A DNA stretch of 61,556 nucleotides, the filler included, from Choristocarpus tenellus KU-1152 (lineage: Eukaryota > Protista > Phaeophyceae): assembly GCA_964200185.2 (NCBI GenBank). It is 13 parts of 13 records of this genome, joined end to end, with 100 filler letters (N's around TTAATTAATTAA, not from the genome) between each part and the next. Parts side by side here need not be neighbours in the genome. Positions count along the whole stretch, not along the records: positions 1 to 9,088 come from CAXNAD020003997.1; positions 9,189 to 12,936 come from CAXNAD020018173.1; 11 more parts are not named here. One strand, given 5' to 3'. Positions 1 to 11,386 of this stretch are shown one piece after another. The notes beneath the pieces are model-generated. The model ran no database searches. It was not told the DNA's origin and worked only from the letters and a program-made list of their open reading frames with translations. A program made the position numbers and the translations under genes. Positions within the stretch are counted from its first letter, which is position 1. Each line of letters opens with the position of its first letter.

Positions 1-70
1 CCAAAAATTGCGACATGAATAAATTGACCCGAAATGGACAGCCGCCACCCCCTCTCAGATACGTTTAGCC
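1..70 (+). mobile_element. MITE subfamily B, right end (truncated by window start)
   Basis: ccaaaaattgcgacatgaa...aaatggacagccgccaccccctctc-agatacgtttagcc; closely matches the ends at 9330-9407, 29117-29203, 38827-38896 and 42724-42781. Confidence 0.8.
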
Positions 71-82
71 CGAGATAATGCG

Positions 83-380
83 TACGTCTTAGAAGGGAGT
101 CCATTTTTGGACAAAATGGAGAAATAACCAGCCAAGTTGTCATATTTTGTGTGGTGAGAAATTGAACTAAACCTAACATAAAAGTGATACAATTCAAAGA
201 AGCTTCACAGAACAACTACACGTGTTACAATTTCGAAGAGACTTCAAGGTCTGTCAAATATTCATTCTCTGAAATTGCTCTCCATCTTATGGTTGTAGAG
301 CATCAAAAAATCTATACACATAAGTCGTATAATCGTGTATGTTAAACAGAGGGCAAATTACGCGTTTTTTCTAAGAGATT
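83..380 (-). mobile_element. Divergent, longer relative of MITE subfamily A
   Basis: Left tcttagaagggagtccatttttggacaaaat resembles the A end tcttagagggtagagccgcgtccatttggggaccaaaat; right aaacagagggcaaattacgcgttttttctaaga resembles aaacagggcaaaactcgtaccctctaaga. Confidence 0.4.
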
Positions 381-1625
381 AACGATTTGTCCCTGTTACA
401 GAAAGCAGTATATTTCTCTATTTTTAAAATATGGTTACGGTGATCCCTCCCCTTGCTTTCCTTTCACTCTGTGCCTACTAGCCTTTTTCCTCAACACTTT
501 TCCATCGTCTCACTTCGTAGAGAACAAGAACCACTACTTGCTTGCCTATTTGCTCTCCTTGTTTCCAGTGGTGTCATCAGAACGGTTAGGATACAGCTTT
601 TATAGATCATACACATTCGTGTGAGGATCGACCATTTCTTCTTGTGGTGTCTGTGTGTGTTTGGGAGTGCGAATTCTGACGTTCCACATGTCCTCTTCTA
701 TATCCTCGACCGAGAGAGTATATCGACACATAGTGGAATACACACACACACACACACATGCTTTGACGATTACTTCTTTTTACCTCTCTCTCTACGATAT
801 GGTGAGTACATGTATGCCATGCGTATTAAGATAGCTAAAGGAAGGCATGTACCGTGTCTACAAGTGGTATGCATTTCTACCTCTAGTATTACTTAATCTC
901 ACTACACAGCACACAACACATATGAATCACATATTTCTTATAATAGTTGTGCCTCTGTATGGCGTGGGAATATATGGTGAAATACTGCATACGCAACCAT
1001 AGTAAGTAAATTCATTTGAAGATGCATGCATTCATTGCACAATAGTGTGCTGCACGACCTCCATCCTACTGCTGCTAATATCACCCTTCCTTTGGTTTCG
1101 TTCCTTCTCCCAAGCATATTTTCCATGCTCAATTCTTCCATGTGTTGCGTAATGGACTTGGGCGGATAGCAAGGACGAGGAATATGACTACTAAACCTAC
1201 TGCGTTCCACAGCTTGGCCATGCACGTGAGGCTTAATCTTCAATAGCGAACAACAACGTAGGAGCTTTTTTGCAGAATACATTGCACTATGGAGACCACA
1301 CACCTGGAAGAGTTGCCTATTTTAATGTCATCTTCGTTGCAGAGGTGCACCAGCATGGTGAACGGAGGGATTGCAGATCCCCAAGCCTCCTCGTTTGTCA
1401 TGGGAAACCATGGTGATGTGGATCTTCACATCAATCCAATGGGAGTTGTTCCGAGGGTGGACGGACCTGACCAAGAATGGTGACTTCCTACACCCCCCCA
1501 ACAGGTTTCTCTGTCAAATGCAGAGGGAGATGTTTCCCTCCTTACCATGCGACCCCCATGATGGAGCACACAGTGAAGATGCTGTGGAACAGGCATATAG
1601 CAGTGCTCGAGCATTTGGAAAATTT

Positions 1626-1667
1626 CTACCCACTACCCACTACCCACTACCCACTACCCACTACCCA
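1626..1667. repeat. (CTACCCA)x6 heptamer microsatellite
   Basis: Direct reading of the tandem units. Confidence 0.9.
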
Positions 1668-1982
1668 CTTGTTTCCCATGAGTATAGTCTTCAGTGTCCT
1701 GCCTGTACCATGTTATGTGAATGCTCTCTCTTAACCGTGCTTGTGCGCAATGAGATTGACATAGATATATACTCACGCTAGCTCCAAATTTGGCCTAATT
1801 TGACTTCCTCCTCCAGTACCACCTTCTCCATGCGCTACTACTAAAAGTACTGAACAAATCATGGTAGGCATGGTGTAATGGTTCGCCACACCATCGTTTC
1901 CCCTGACGAGCTAGAAGTTTTGAGGAATTGTTTTCCCTTCATTCATCTTGCTGGTGCACCCCTGCAATAAAGAAGTCCTTGG

Positions 1983-2034
1983 AAAGGGCAAGCTCTTCAA
2001 AAAGGGCAAGCTCTTCAAATGGGCAAGCTCTTCA
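1983..2034. repeat. ~17-18-bp tandem repeat x3 (gggcaagctcttcaaa)
   Basis: Three consecutive copies of gggcaagctcttca. Confidence 0.85.
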
Positions 2035-2905
2035 GTATAATCTGGTCACTGCAGGCAGTGATGGGAAACCCTCCCTTTCTGTTGTTGTTGCCAACAGTAA
2101 TAGATGTGTACTTGACGTACTTCAAGTACTATTAGTGTGGTAGCAACCCTAACTCTGAAGCGACAACTGCTATTTCTTCTTATGTACTCCAGTATTTCTT
2201 TCCCCTACCCTCACCACTCGCAACTCCCATACATTCTATCTAATCCTACAATATTGTACTACAACACTGCTCTCTGACCATCAACATCACTACCATCTAC
2301 ATCACCTATGCATATCCCTCGAATTCATACCCCCACAAAGATTGCTGAGTTCACGGTCGTGTAGGAGGCTATGGAGGAGCAAGCACAGAGACTTGAGTTT
2401 AAACGTGTGGCCGACTTCAACCTCAACACCTGCCTGTGAAGGGATGTCGCTTCTTCAGCTCAAGACGACAAGGAGATGAGCTTGGAATTATGAGCAGATC
2501 CCAATGGTGACGACGTGTGCAGGGATAACAACAGTGATGTGGGTGATGGTTGTGATGGTGGCAACGACGATGATCCTTATGGTGAACATGGCGGGGGTGG
2601 TACTAATGATGTTGAGCATGTTATGTGGGACACAGGAAGAGGCAGGAATGGAGTGATTGATGGTCGTGTGGAGTGCAAGGGTTATGACTACGTCTTTTCT
2701 CATCGGATGTGCGCCATCTTCTCATTGGTCCGATAATTGGTATCATACCAGAAAAGGGAAAAAGGCGATACGCGAGGACAGGAGTTGAAGATGGCTTGGA
2801 CGAGCTCAGATGACAGGGACTTGGGGCAACTAATCAATGAAGTATAAACTTGAACAATTTTCCGAAAAGCCCATCGCTGAGGACTACACGATCCTGGCAC
2901 CTAAA

Positions 2906-3163
2906 GAGTGAAGATATCTTAGAGGGTATGAGTTTTGCCCTGTTTGTCTGTTTGGGGCTTGGCTTCCCACGGGTTTCTTATGACATTTTCCTACACTGAA
3001 ATGTTTCAGAGTAGGTAAAATATTTACGTTATGAAAAGGCGTGTACGGAACAAAGATGTTGACACGCCCTAAAAAACACGATAGGCAAAATTACATCAAC
3101 ATCGCAACATTGGATTTCGGGCCCCAAACGGACGCGGCTCTACCCTCTAAGATACTTTAGATA
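2906..3163 (+). mobile_element. MITE subfamily A copy 1 (258 bp, Sola2-like)
   Basis: ~23-bp TIRs gagtgaagatatcttagagggta...taccctctaagatactttagata; colinear with 4 other copies; flanks taaa/aaaa. Confidence 0.85.
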
Positions 3164-3658
3164 AAAAAAGAATACAAAGAGGAGGACAGGAACACAAAGA
3201 TGCAGGATAGCATGGGACACAAAAAGAAGGGACTGGAAACCGCCTGGGGTTGTGACGTCGATATGAGCTGGGAGTGGAGCAAGGGGGTGGTTGAAACTTG
3301 CATCAAACTTGGGAAACTTCTTGTGGCGCACAGCACAGTGGACATCATCAAGGGGGTCTGGACGGCCAAGGATTTGAAAGACGCACCATCTGGTAACCAA
3401 AATTCTCTCTATTGTTGCTGTTGTAACTGCTGATATTACAAATATACGTGCAAGTAAGTTGTGGGTTGATCCTGAAGTATTGTGTGGCCTTGCAGTACTT
3501 CTGACTCCATATGCTTTGTCCTCTTCATTCAAGCACGCATCCATTCGATGTAGATCCCTCCCCAATCTTGTCGTTTTCTCTCGTACATATTGTGTTTATA
3601 TTAATATACTATATACCATGGACACATTGCCCGTTCTTTGAGTTTTTTTCCTCGTACA

Positions 3659-3915
3659 GAGTGAAAGTATCTTAGAGGGTACGAGTTTGCCCTGTTTGTC
3701 CATTTAGGGTTTGGCTTCCCATGAGTTCTTTTATGACATTTTCATACTCCAAATTGTTTCAGAGTAGGTAAAATGTATACGTTATAAAAAGGTGCGTCCG
3801 AAACAAGGATGTTGACACATACTAACAAAAATAAAGCCAAAATTACATCAAAACCACAACATTGGATTTTGGTCCCCAAATGGACGCGGCCCTACCCTCT
3901 AAGATACTTTGATTC
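3659..3915 (+). mobile_element. MITE subfamily A copy 2 (257 bp)
   Basis: TIRs gagtgaaagtatcttagagggta...taccctctaagatactttgattc; colinear with copy 1; TSD not clean (taca/acat). Confidence 0.85.
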
Positions 3916-4406
3916 ACATGGTGCTTCTATCCTACAGGTGGGCAGAAGTACCTAATACTTCATAGAAAATAGATGTCAGGTCTTGTTGCGCAATCCCTTC
4001 TCTTATGTTAACTTTTGATTCCATCCATGCCCTGTTCGCCATCATTTAGCCCTCCTCCCCTCTCCCACTTACATCCACACCTGATCGTTGAAACCTGGGA
4101 TTGAATTAATTGTGCTCTTGTATGGTGGCAGGTTGATTTGTGACGAAGGGATGTCATAGTGCAATGAAACACTGGTGAATTCATGCTGATGAACCTAGTG
4201 AGTTTAAGTTCATAGTCAGAGGTTGTTTGGTAAGATGTTGTGGGTATTCCTTGAGATGCTCAAAGGAAGAAGTACATGCTCTGAGTAGAAGCTTGGCACC
4301 TTGTGAAGAAGGATTTATGAAGATGTTTTAACTCCGAGTATATTACATCCTGTTGCGTAGAGGTACACTTAGCGCAGAGTGAACTCGAAGTCTACGTAGG
4401 GGCAAA

Positions 4407-4672
4407 TGTTAAAGTATCGCCGACGTCATCAAATATGATAAACGTGATAAACCCAGGGAGATTGCTTGATGTCTGTAGAGTGATTGATTAACGTTAAGGG
4501 GGCATGCAGCACCCCATAAAATCATAAATATTTCCTTCTATATGAGAAATGTTCTAATATAACTAATCACTAATAAAAGATTCTGATCAAACTTAATCAC
4601 TAATGCTTGTTCTCTCACTCCAAATACATTTTACCAGAACTGTCCGATAGAATTGGAAGAGTCTAATCGAAA
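4407..4672 (-). repeat. Putative 3' LTR of Copia element 1
   Basis: Minus-strand purine tract (agggaggg, ~4674-4681) followed by tttcga, a degenerate TGTCGA as in Copia element 2; distal end at tgttaa 4407 is a guess from the size of the element 2 LTR. Confidence 0.35.
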
Positions 4673-4834
4673 ACCCTCCCTAGCTCAAACAGCTCTTGAG
4701 AACTGACAAGGTACAATTATGAATCCTAGGAGGCTCCTCAGGGTCGATCCTGTATGACAAGAACACAACCAGCTATTGAACTCTCTGAAAAAAAAAAAAT
4801 ACAAGGAAATTCAAATTCAGCAAGAAACAAACCA

Positions 4835-7800
4835 TTAAACATAGTCTAAATTCAGCAAAACGCTTGCATGCCTCCAAAAAGATTCTTCTTCTAGAGGCTT
4901 GGTCAACACATCTGCATGCTGCTCATCTGTGTTAGCATGAACAATCCTTATTTGTCCATTGACTACCAAGTCCCTTAGGAAATGATGTTGCAAATCTATG
5001 TGCTTAGTCCTGCCAGAACTCATAGGGTTGTTAGCCAAATGGATGACTCCTGTATTGTCCTCGTACAGTACAGAACATGACCCAGTCCTATCAGGTTGTA
5101 TGAACTCCAACACACCTCGTAGAAATAACAACTCTTTCCCGCAGTCCCCCATGGCTATGTACTCTGCCTCTGAGTCAACTGTGCTATGACACGTTGGGTC
5201 CAAGAAAGCCAAGCAACTGCTACTGGGTGGAAGTATCTTATAGGGTACGAGTTTTCCCATATTTGTCCATTTCCGGCTTGGCTTCCCACGGTTTTTTTAT
5301 AACATTTTCCTACCCCAAAATGTTCGGTGTAGGTAAAAGGTGTATGATATTAAAAGGTGCGTCCAGAATAAGGATATCGACACTTCTTAACAAACACGAT
5401 AGCCCAAATGAAATCAAAATACAATATTGAATTTTGATCCCCGAATGGACGCAGCTCTACCCTCTCAGATACTTTTACTCTACTCTCTAACACATCACTG
5501 CCCTACCTGATACAAGAACGTCTGTCAAAAGGCTCATTAGCAAAATCCACATCAGCGAAGGTCATCAAGTCCAATCCTGTGCGTTTCAGGTAGGTTAGGC
5601 CCAACTCTCGCGTCCCTTTGAGTTACTTGAGGGTCTGGCTCACAACTCTCCATTGTACTTGGCTCAGAGCTTGCGAATGACGGGCAACAGTTCTTACTGC
5701 ATTAGCCACATCTGGCCTGGTCACGTTGCTGACCCACATCAACCCCTCAACCGCCTATTGGAAGGGACAATATCGTTTGAGATATTGTCCCCCTATCTAT
5801 TTCCAACCTTTCTGGAAGGGGCTGCAGGGGTGGGAGTGGTTGATTGGATGGAAAAACGTTCACACAAGCTGTCAATACAGTTAGTCTGAGTAATGGAGAG
5901 GGTACCACGCTTCCAATCTCTTGTGTAAGTGGAACCAGAAAACTGAGACAATAAGCCAAGGCTTTTAGTGGAGAACTCTTCATTCAGGGAGGTACAAAGA
6001 TCATTGCAATCATCACCGGACGCCAAACCCATCATATCATCTCCTGGAAGCATCATCTTGACAACACCATCCCTCCTGATTCTAAATATACATGGGTCAA
6101 TCAGACACTGCTCAAAACCACTGCACTTAAGGGTGGAAGCCAGCTTGATATCCCAAGTCCTAGAGGCTTGCATTAAACCATACAGGGACCTGTGAAGGCG
6201 TACAATTGTATAGGAGAGATCTTCACATCCCTGTCTGAGGCACATTTACACTTCCTCATCCAAGTCAGATTGAACAAATGCCTGCTCCACGTCTAGGTGC
6301 CACAATCTCAAGTCCAACTCACATGCCGTACTGGCCACCAGGCTAACTGATGAGGGGGAAGGAGTGGGGGCAGAGTTCTCGAAATAGTCAAGGCCATACT
6401 CCTGGGCAAAACCCTGAGCAACTAGCCTAGTGTTAGCTCCATTAAACATTCCAAAAAGGGTCAATCTTCCACTTCAACACCCACTTCGAACCAATGGCCT
6501 TACGACCTAGAGGTACATCTGCAATACTGAAGGTACCTGTGTCCAACAAACCGTCGAACTCCTTAGACATGGCTTCTTCCCATACTGGCTAGTAGTATTC
6601 AGACTTTTGGGCCTCAGTATAAGATTGGGGGGCTGGTCCCAACTCAGAAACAAGACGACCATGCAGGGGGGTACTCATCAACACAGACTCAGGTATGGGC
6701 TGTACAGCCAAGGCATATTCAACATGTTTCCTCTCTACACTAGTAATAAGAGACATCACATTACGAACACCTGCACTCCCTTCAGCTCTGGCACGAGTTT
6801 CCTGTCTCTAGTCCTATATAACTCAACGCAAGGTTCATGGACTGGATTGGGAAGAAAATCTTCTAGCTGGCGAGCTGCAGTACGACAGGCAGCCGTTGGT
6901 TCAGTACCTGTCTGAGGCAAGTGCCGTGAACTCAAGGATAAGACATATCCTTCACTCCCTTCACCATCTCAGGTAGTGTCTCTGGACAGACTCATGCCAA
7001 CCTGACCTCCCTCCCCATCACCAGGAGAAGGGTCAACAGCCAGATCCTTGACAATCTGACCTACGCTCCCTTCACCAGGTGGAGGATTATTAGTCAAACT
7101 GTCTCCTTTGTTACCAAAGAATGGCTTCTCACCTAGAACAAACCTGTCCTCACTTCCGTCATTACAGGAAGAGTCGTCAGATAGGGATGAAGTGGAGGGG
7201 CGAGATGTACAAATAGACTGTACATCTAATGATGGGCCACCTGCTTCAGGGTGGGAAAACTTGTCCTCGGAACGAGGGTCTGCAACAAGCTCCCACCCCC
7301 CCCTTTGCAAAGCAGAGGCAACCTCTCCTACTGGGGCAAGACTGGGGTCCTTAGTGGACAGCCAGGTCAGGTTACGTGTAGTAACTATGGCACCGGTTGA
7401 AGTAAGAACACGGTATGCATCATGGGAGTGATTGATCCCCGGTCCCAGGTAAAAACATCGTTGAACCTTTTGGACAGTCTTGCAGGTCTTACGGAGACGG
7501 CGAAAACCAGATTGAAGAAATTGGTAGGTCAACAGGGGTGCAGGGGTGCCATGCCACATTTCATATGGTGATTTACAACCAGGGTTTGCTGTCGTCGATA
7601 TGCGATTAAGCGAGTCACAGACATAGTGTTGAGCTTCGGCCCACAGAGAGTCTATCTTGGGGATGACGACATGGAGGACAAGTAATGGAGCTTGAAGGCG
7701 GGCAGCTAATGAAGCTTCATCAATAATACCCAGCGTGCGTTCAACAAGCCCATTAAATTGAGGGCTGTCTGCAGGTGTGAACTCCTGTTTAATCCCACGT

Positions 7801-8990
7801 TCACGGCAAGGAGCGCCGAAAGCACCCTCATAAACTCCCCCCCATTATCAGACTTTAGGCAAATGACCGGAGAGAGAGTGCCGTCAGCCCGGATATTGGT
7901 CAGGTACTTCTTGAAGGCTTCGACGGCATCCAACTTAGCACGAAGGAAGTACAACCAAGCAAAACGAGAATTGTCGTCCCAGATTATCATGGTGTATCGT
8001 TTACCGCCAATTGAGAGGTTAGCCCTCTTCCCACTTAAATTGACAAAAACCCGATCCAGCTTTCTCACCGCCCTTGTAGACGTGCTGGACGGGATGCCCT
8101 TCCATATGCCCTTGCTCATAGAGCAGCCCGCACATGCCTCCAGCTCACTCACCAATGTAATGCCCATTGAAGTGGTGGTGGACTTGAGCAATGCCTCGTG
8201 TACGTGGCCATAAGAGCAATGAAATAGGTTTATATCGATGTCATTGTGGGAGTGGGAGGTGCGAGCAAGGGGGCTATGGTGGACTTCAAAGCAACTTCAG
8301 CATTTTGACCCGGTCGCGGCAATATGCGTTGACCATGGAGGGTATAATGACAACCAGGATGTCTTCTGCAGATACGTTTGCTATCTAGCAACGAAAACGT
8401 ACTTGCCGTGCCAGTGCATTTCGCACCCATATCTGCTGCGGTTTGGCAAGAAAAAAGATTGAATCCAAGATTTGGGACTTGTGCAACATTGTGGAGGAGT
8501 ATCTCTACTTCCTTGTTGTCACGCAAGGGAAACAAGATGGTTAGATCACATGACCAGTGATACGAAAGGAATTCTGGTGGGCAGCGATTACCCTTTGATC
8601 TACTACACAGGGCTTGTAGTTGGTCATGCACGCTATCATGTTTGTCATGTGACATGTAGTTGTACTGTCAAGGATCCACTCTTCTCTTTTGTGCGTAACC
8701 CCATTACTTGACACCAAACATTCATTTACCCCACACTTGCCTTGAGCATTGCTGCTTGGAGAGTCATCAATGGCGGCCAGTTGTGCGTACCGCTTGTTGT
8801 CATCGCTGCTGGTCGCACTTTCCATAGTAATGTGAGAAGGTTTCGCCTCAGTCTCGTTCTTTTCTTTCCCAGACTCCACCCTAGCCATGAACACTGAAGT
8901 ACATGTTGTAGCATCATGGGCACGTCCACCACACTTGGTGCAAATGTGGCTTGGGCAAGCTCCCTTCTTGTGTCCATTTCTACCACACCT
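4835..8990 (-). mobile_element. Decayed Ty1/Copia LTR retrotransposon 1 (gag-PR-INT-RT-RNaseH, frameshifted)
   Basis: Zinc knuckles CGRNGHKKGAC / CTKCGGRAHDATTC (~8890-8990); protease WILDSTTTCHMT; GAG-pre-integrase CAGCSMSKG; integrase DDNSRFAWLYFL and KSDNGGEF; RT RLVAQGFAQEYGLDY, HLDVEQAFVQS, SLYGLMQASRTW; RNase H EAEYIAMG, YEDN, RTKHID, QHADVLTKPL. Order PR-INT-RT-RH is Copia. Confidence 0.95.
5225..5480 (+). mobile_element. MITE subfamily A copy 3 inserted in the Copia RNase H, TSD TACT
   Basis: tact|gggtggaagtatct...agatacttttactc|tact; removing it restores ...GRAVMC*RVAVAWLSWTQR. Confidence 0.9.
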
Positions 8991-9088
8991 GACCCAAAGT
9001 ATCTGGGAGGGGGGGGGGGGGGTCTACACTAGGGGGTCTTTTCGAACCAAAATCAGAAAAAGTGCATTTACAGTATCCCTCCGAGGTC
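8991..9088 (+). mobile_element. MITE subfamily B-like left end, inserted in the Copia gag zinc knuckle, truncated by gap
   Basis: gacccaaagtatctgggagggg...ggtctacac...aatcagaaaaagtgca; homologous to 58275-58348 and 9236-9305. Confidence 0.75.
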
Positions 9089-9188
9089 NNNNNNNNNNNN
9101 NNNNNNNNNNNNNNNNNNNNNNNNNNNNNNNNTTAATTAATTAANNNNNNNNNNNNNNNNNNNNNNNNNNNNNNNNNNNNNNNNNNNN
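9089..9188. other. Artificial contig-joining spacer N44-TTAATTAATTAA-N44; the same spacer occurs at 12937, 17974, 23016, 29017, 31919, 35836, 38727, 42624, 48470, 52863 and 58349
   Basis: Identical 100-bp structure 12 times; the palindromic linker puts stops in all six frames. Confidence 0.97.
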
Positions 9189-9235
9189 GGGTTTTTTTGT
9201 CTCTTCGTTTTTTTCCATTTGTTTGCCCCACAGGT

Positions 9236-9407
9236 GGGGGGGGGGGGGGGGGGGGGGGTCTACCCCAGCGTGTCCATTTGGGCCATAACCAGGAAAAGTG
9301 CACTTCCATTATCCATCCAGCGTATGCAACCAAATCACCCAAAAATCGCTACATGAAAAAATTGGCCCCAAATGGACAGCCGCCACCCCCCCCAGATCCT
9401 TTGAGCC
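9236..9407 (+). mobile_element. Near full-length MITE subfamily B (~170 bp)
   Basis: Poly-G-tctaccccagcgtgtccatttggg...ccccaaatggacagccgccacccccccc-agatcctttgagcc; links the left-end type (58275) to the right-end type (29117, 38827, 42724); left 14-mer lost. Confidence 0.75.
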
Positions 9408-9859
9408 TTTCAATGTCATACATCGGCTATCTCATGGATGTGAACACATGTATTTTGCGCCATGCCCTTCACATAATCCATACTCATTGCATACTTACAG
9501 GTCTGATTGAATGCACGCAATCGTTTTGTTCGCCATCAGGCCACTTCCACTGGTACACGAAAACAAGGCGCCTGAAAATTGCCCACATGCGCATGCAGGG
9601 GCGTACTTTCCTGGGCCTGCTGGTGCCCAATCAAGGACAGTAACGAGTTAGCCATGTATAGCCGCACAAAATACGCCCCCCATTTGTGTATGAACAATTT
9701 TGTTTTGTAGACACTGAGAGACAGTCCTGGCTATTCCAAGTACACTTGGGGAGTATATTGTGTACGTTAGGAGTCGCTTTGCAGATCTCCAAAGTGGGTC
9801 TGTATGATTAATGTTAATAGTACATCCTGTTTTGTATCAAGGCTCAACTGTCAACATTG

Positions 9860-11348
9860 CTATCCTTCCCAAGAGTCATCATCACCCACTTCCGTGTCTC
9901 CTCCTTCTCCCCAGTCCCCCCCCCCCCCTCCTGAGCGGAAAGATCTACCAGCATATCCATCTACAATGTTTCTACCCCAAAATCTGCCTTTCTCTTCAGC
10001 AGGTTCTGCATCACTACCTAGATCATTTCCCCCTCTCTTTACACCGTCCCTCCCACTATCCCCTCCCCCCCCCAACTCTTCTCCATCTTCATTTGACTCG
10101 CTGAAGGACAGGCCACTGTCACCACCATCATAATCATCCCATTCAGTCCAGTACCCTTCTTCCCCTCTTCCCAATTCGATGCAATCCTCCTCCTCCTCGC
10201 TCTTCTGTTGTCTCCCATGATCCTTCCTTCCACCACTACTATGTTCGTCCTCCACACTGATGCCTCTGATGACTTCATCGCCTTCCTCCTCTGCACTCCA
10301 ACTCTCAGAGGCAAAAGAAGAGTATGAAGAAGAATCCCCCTCATACTCATACTCAGACTTGAACTCAGGCTCACTGCTCTCCCCAACTCCTGCTGCTGCT
10401 ACTGTGTATGGCTCATCCACAAACTCATTTTCTTCTGTCTCAGTCCATTCTCCCTCAAACAACCCTTCTTCCTCATCGACTTTTACACTATCCGGCCATG
10501 GAGCTTGGCCTCTTCTTGCTGGCTCTTTGTCCATACCCCCGGGAGGGGAGGACTTGAGGTGAACATGTTTACCAAAAACTTTGACATCCAGCTCAGACTT
10601 CTCGCCTTGGCCCTGCAAAGACACGAGGGCAGACAGGAAGCAACATATTCAACAGGGGCAGAGCCAAGGGGGTAGAAGGTTTGGGTCAGATTGTGCTTGT
10701 CAGGTATCAGAGGGTACACATCTTCTTGGATGGGGTGGGGGTGGGGGGTGGTCGTACAGAACTTCAAGGCAAGAATTGGTGAGGGGACAGTGAGAAGAAG
10801 GCTTTTCAGGTCGGAGCAATTGAGTTAGTGGGGGATGGGTGGGGAAGGGCACACAGTGCTCAGCTTTAAACTGATACTTTGTACAACTTGGAGCATAACT
10901 CGCTCTACAAAATCATGATCATGTGACCTCTTTGACGGTGTTGTGTGTGTGTGCATGTGTGCATGTTTGTGTATGGAAGGGCTCCATGCAAGTGGGCCCT
11001 TGGCTCACATGCATACAAGGGAGTGGAACCATTCTATAATACCACAAAGCACCTACACGTAGGTGTGCATTAAGCTTGACTCAGTTATCCTTCTACATGC
11101 ATCACAGAACCTTTTGGGCTTTGCCTAGGACACCCCTGATGAACACCCCCTACCCTCACCCACACAACACCTTTTCCTTTAATACCCTTCCCCAATTACA
11201 TTGCCAACCCACACAAGGGCACAACCACCCACCCACCCACAAACATTGAGCAATCGTAATGTACACACCTGACGGAACACAGCCACCCTGTGCCCAAATA
11301 TCTCCAGGTCCACCTCACCCAGAGGGGGCTCATACTCTGCCACCTCTA

Positions 11349-11386
<38 letters not shown>

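Noticed and set aside
1289-1781. Overlapping ORFs that look like a frameshifted transposase fragment
   Set aside because: No motif I can assign with confidence; needs a profile search.
9133-9144. Recurrent palindrome TTAATTAATTAA every 3-6 kb
   Set aside because: Always centred in 44+44 Ns; an artificial six-frame-stop linker, not biology. Synteny across gaps is meaningless.
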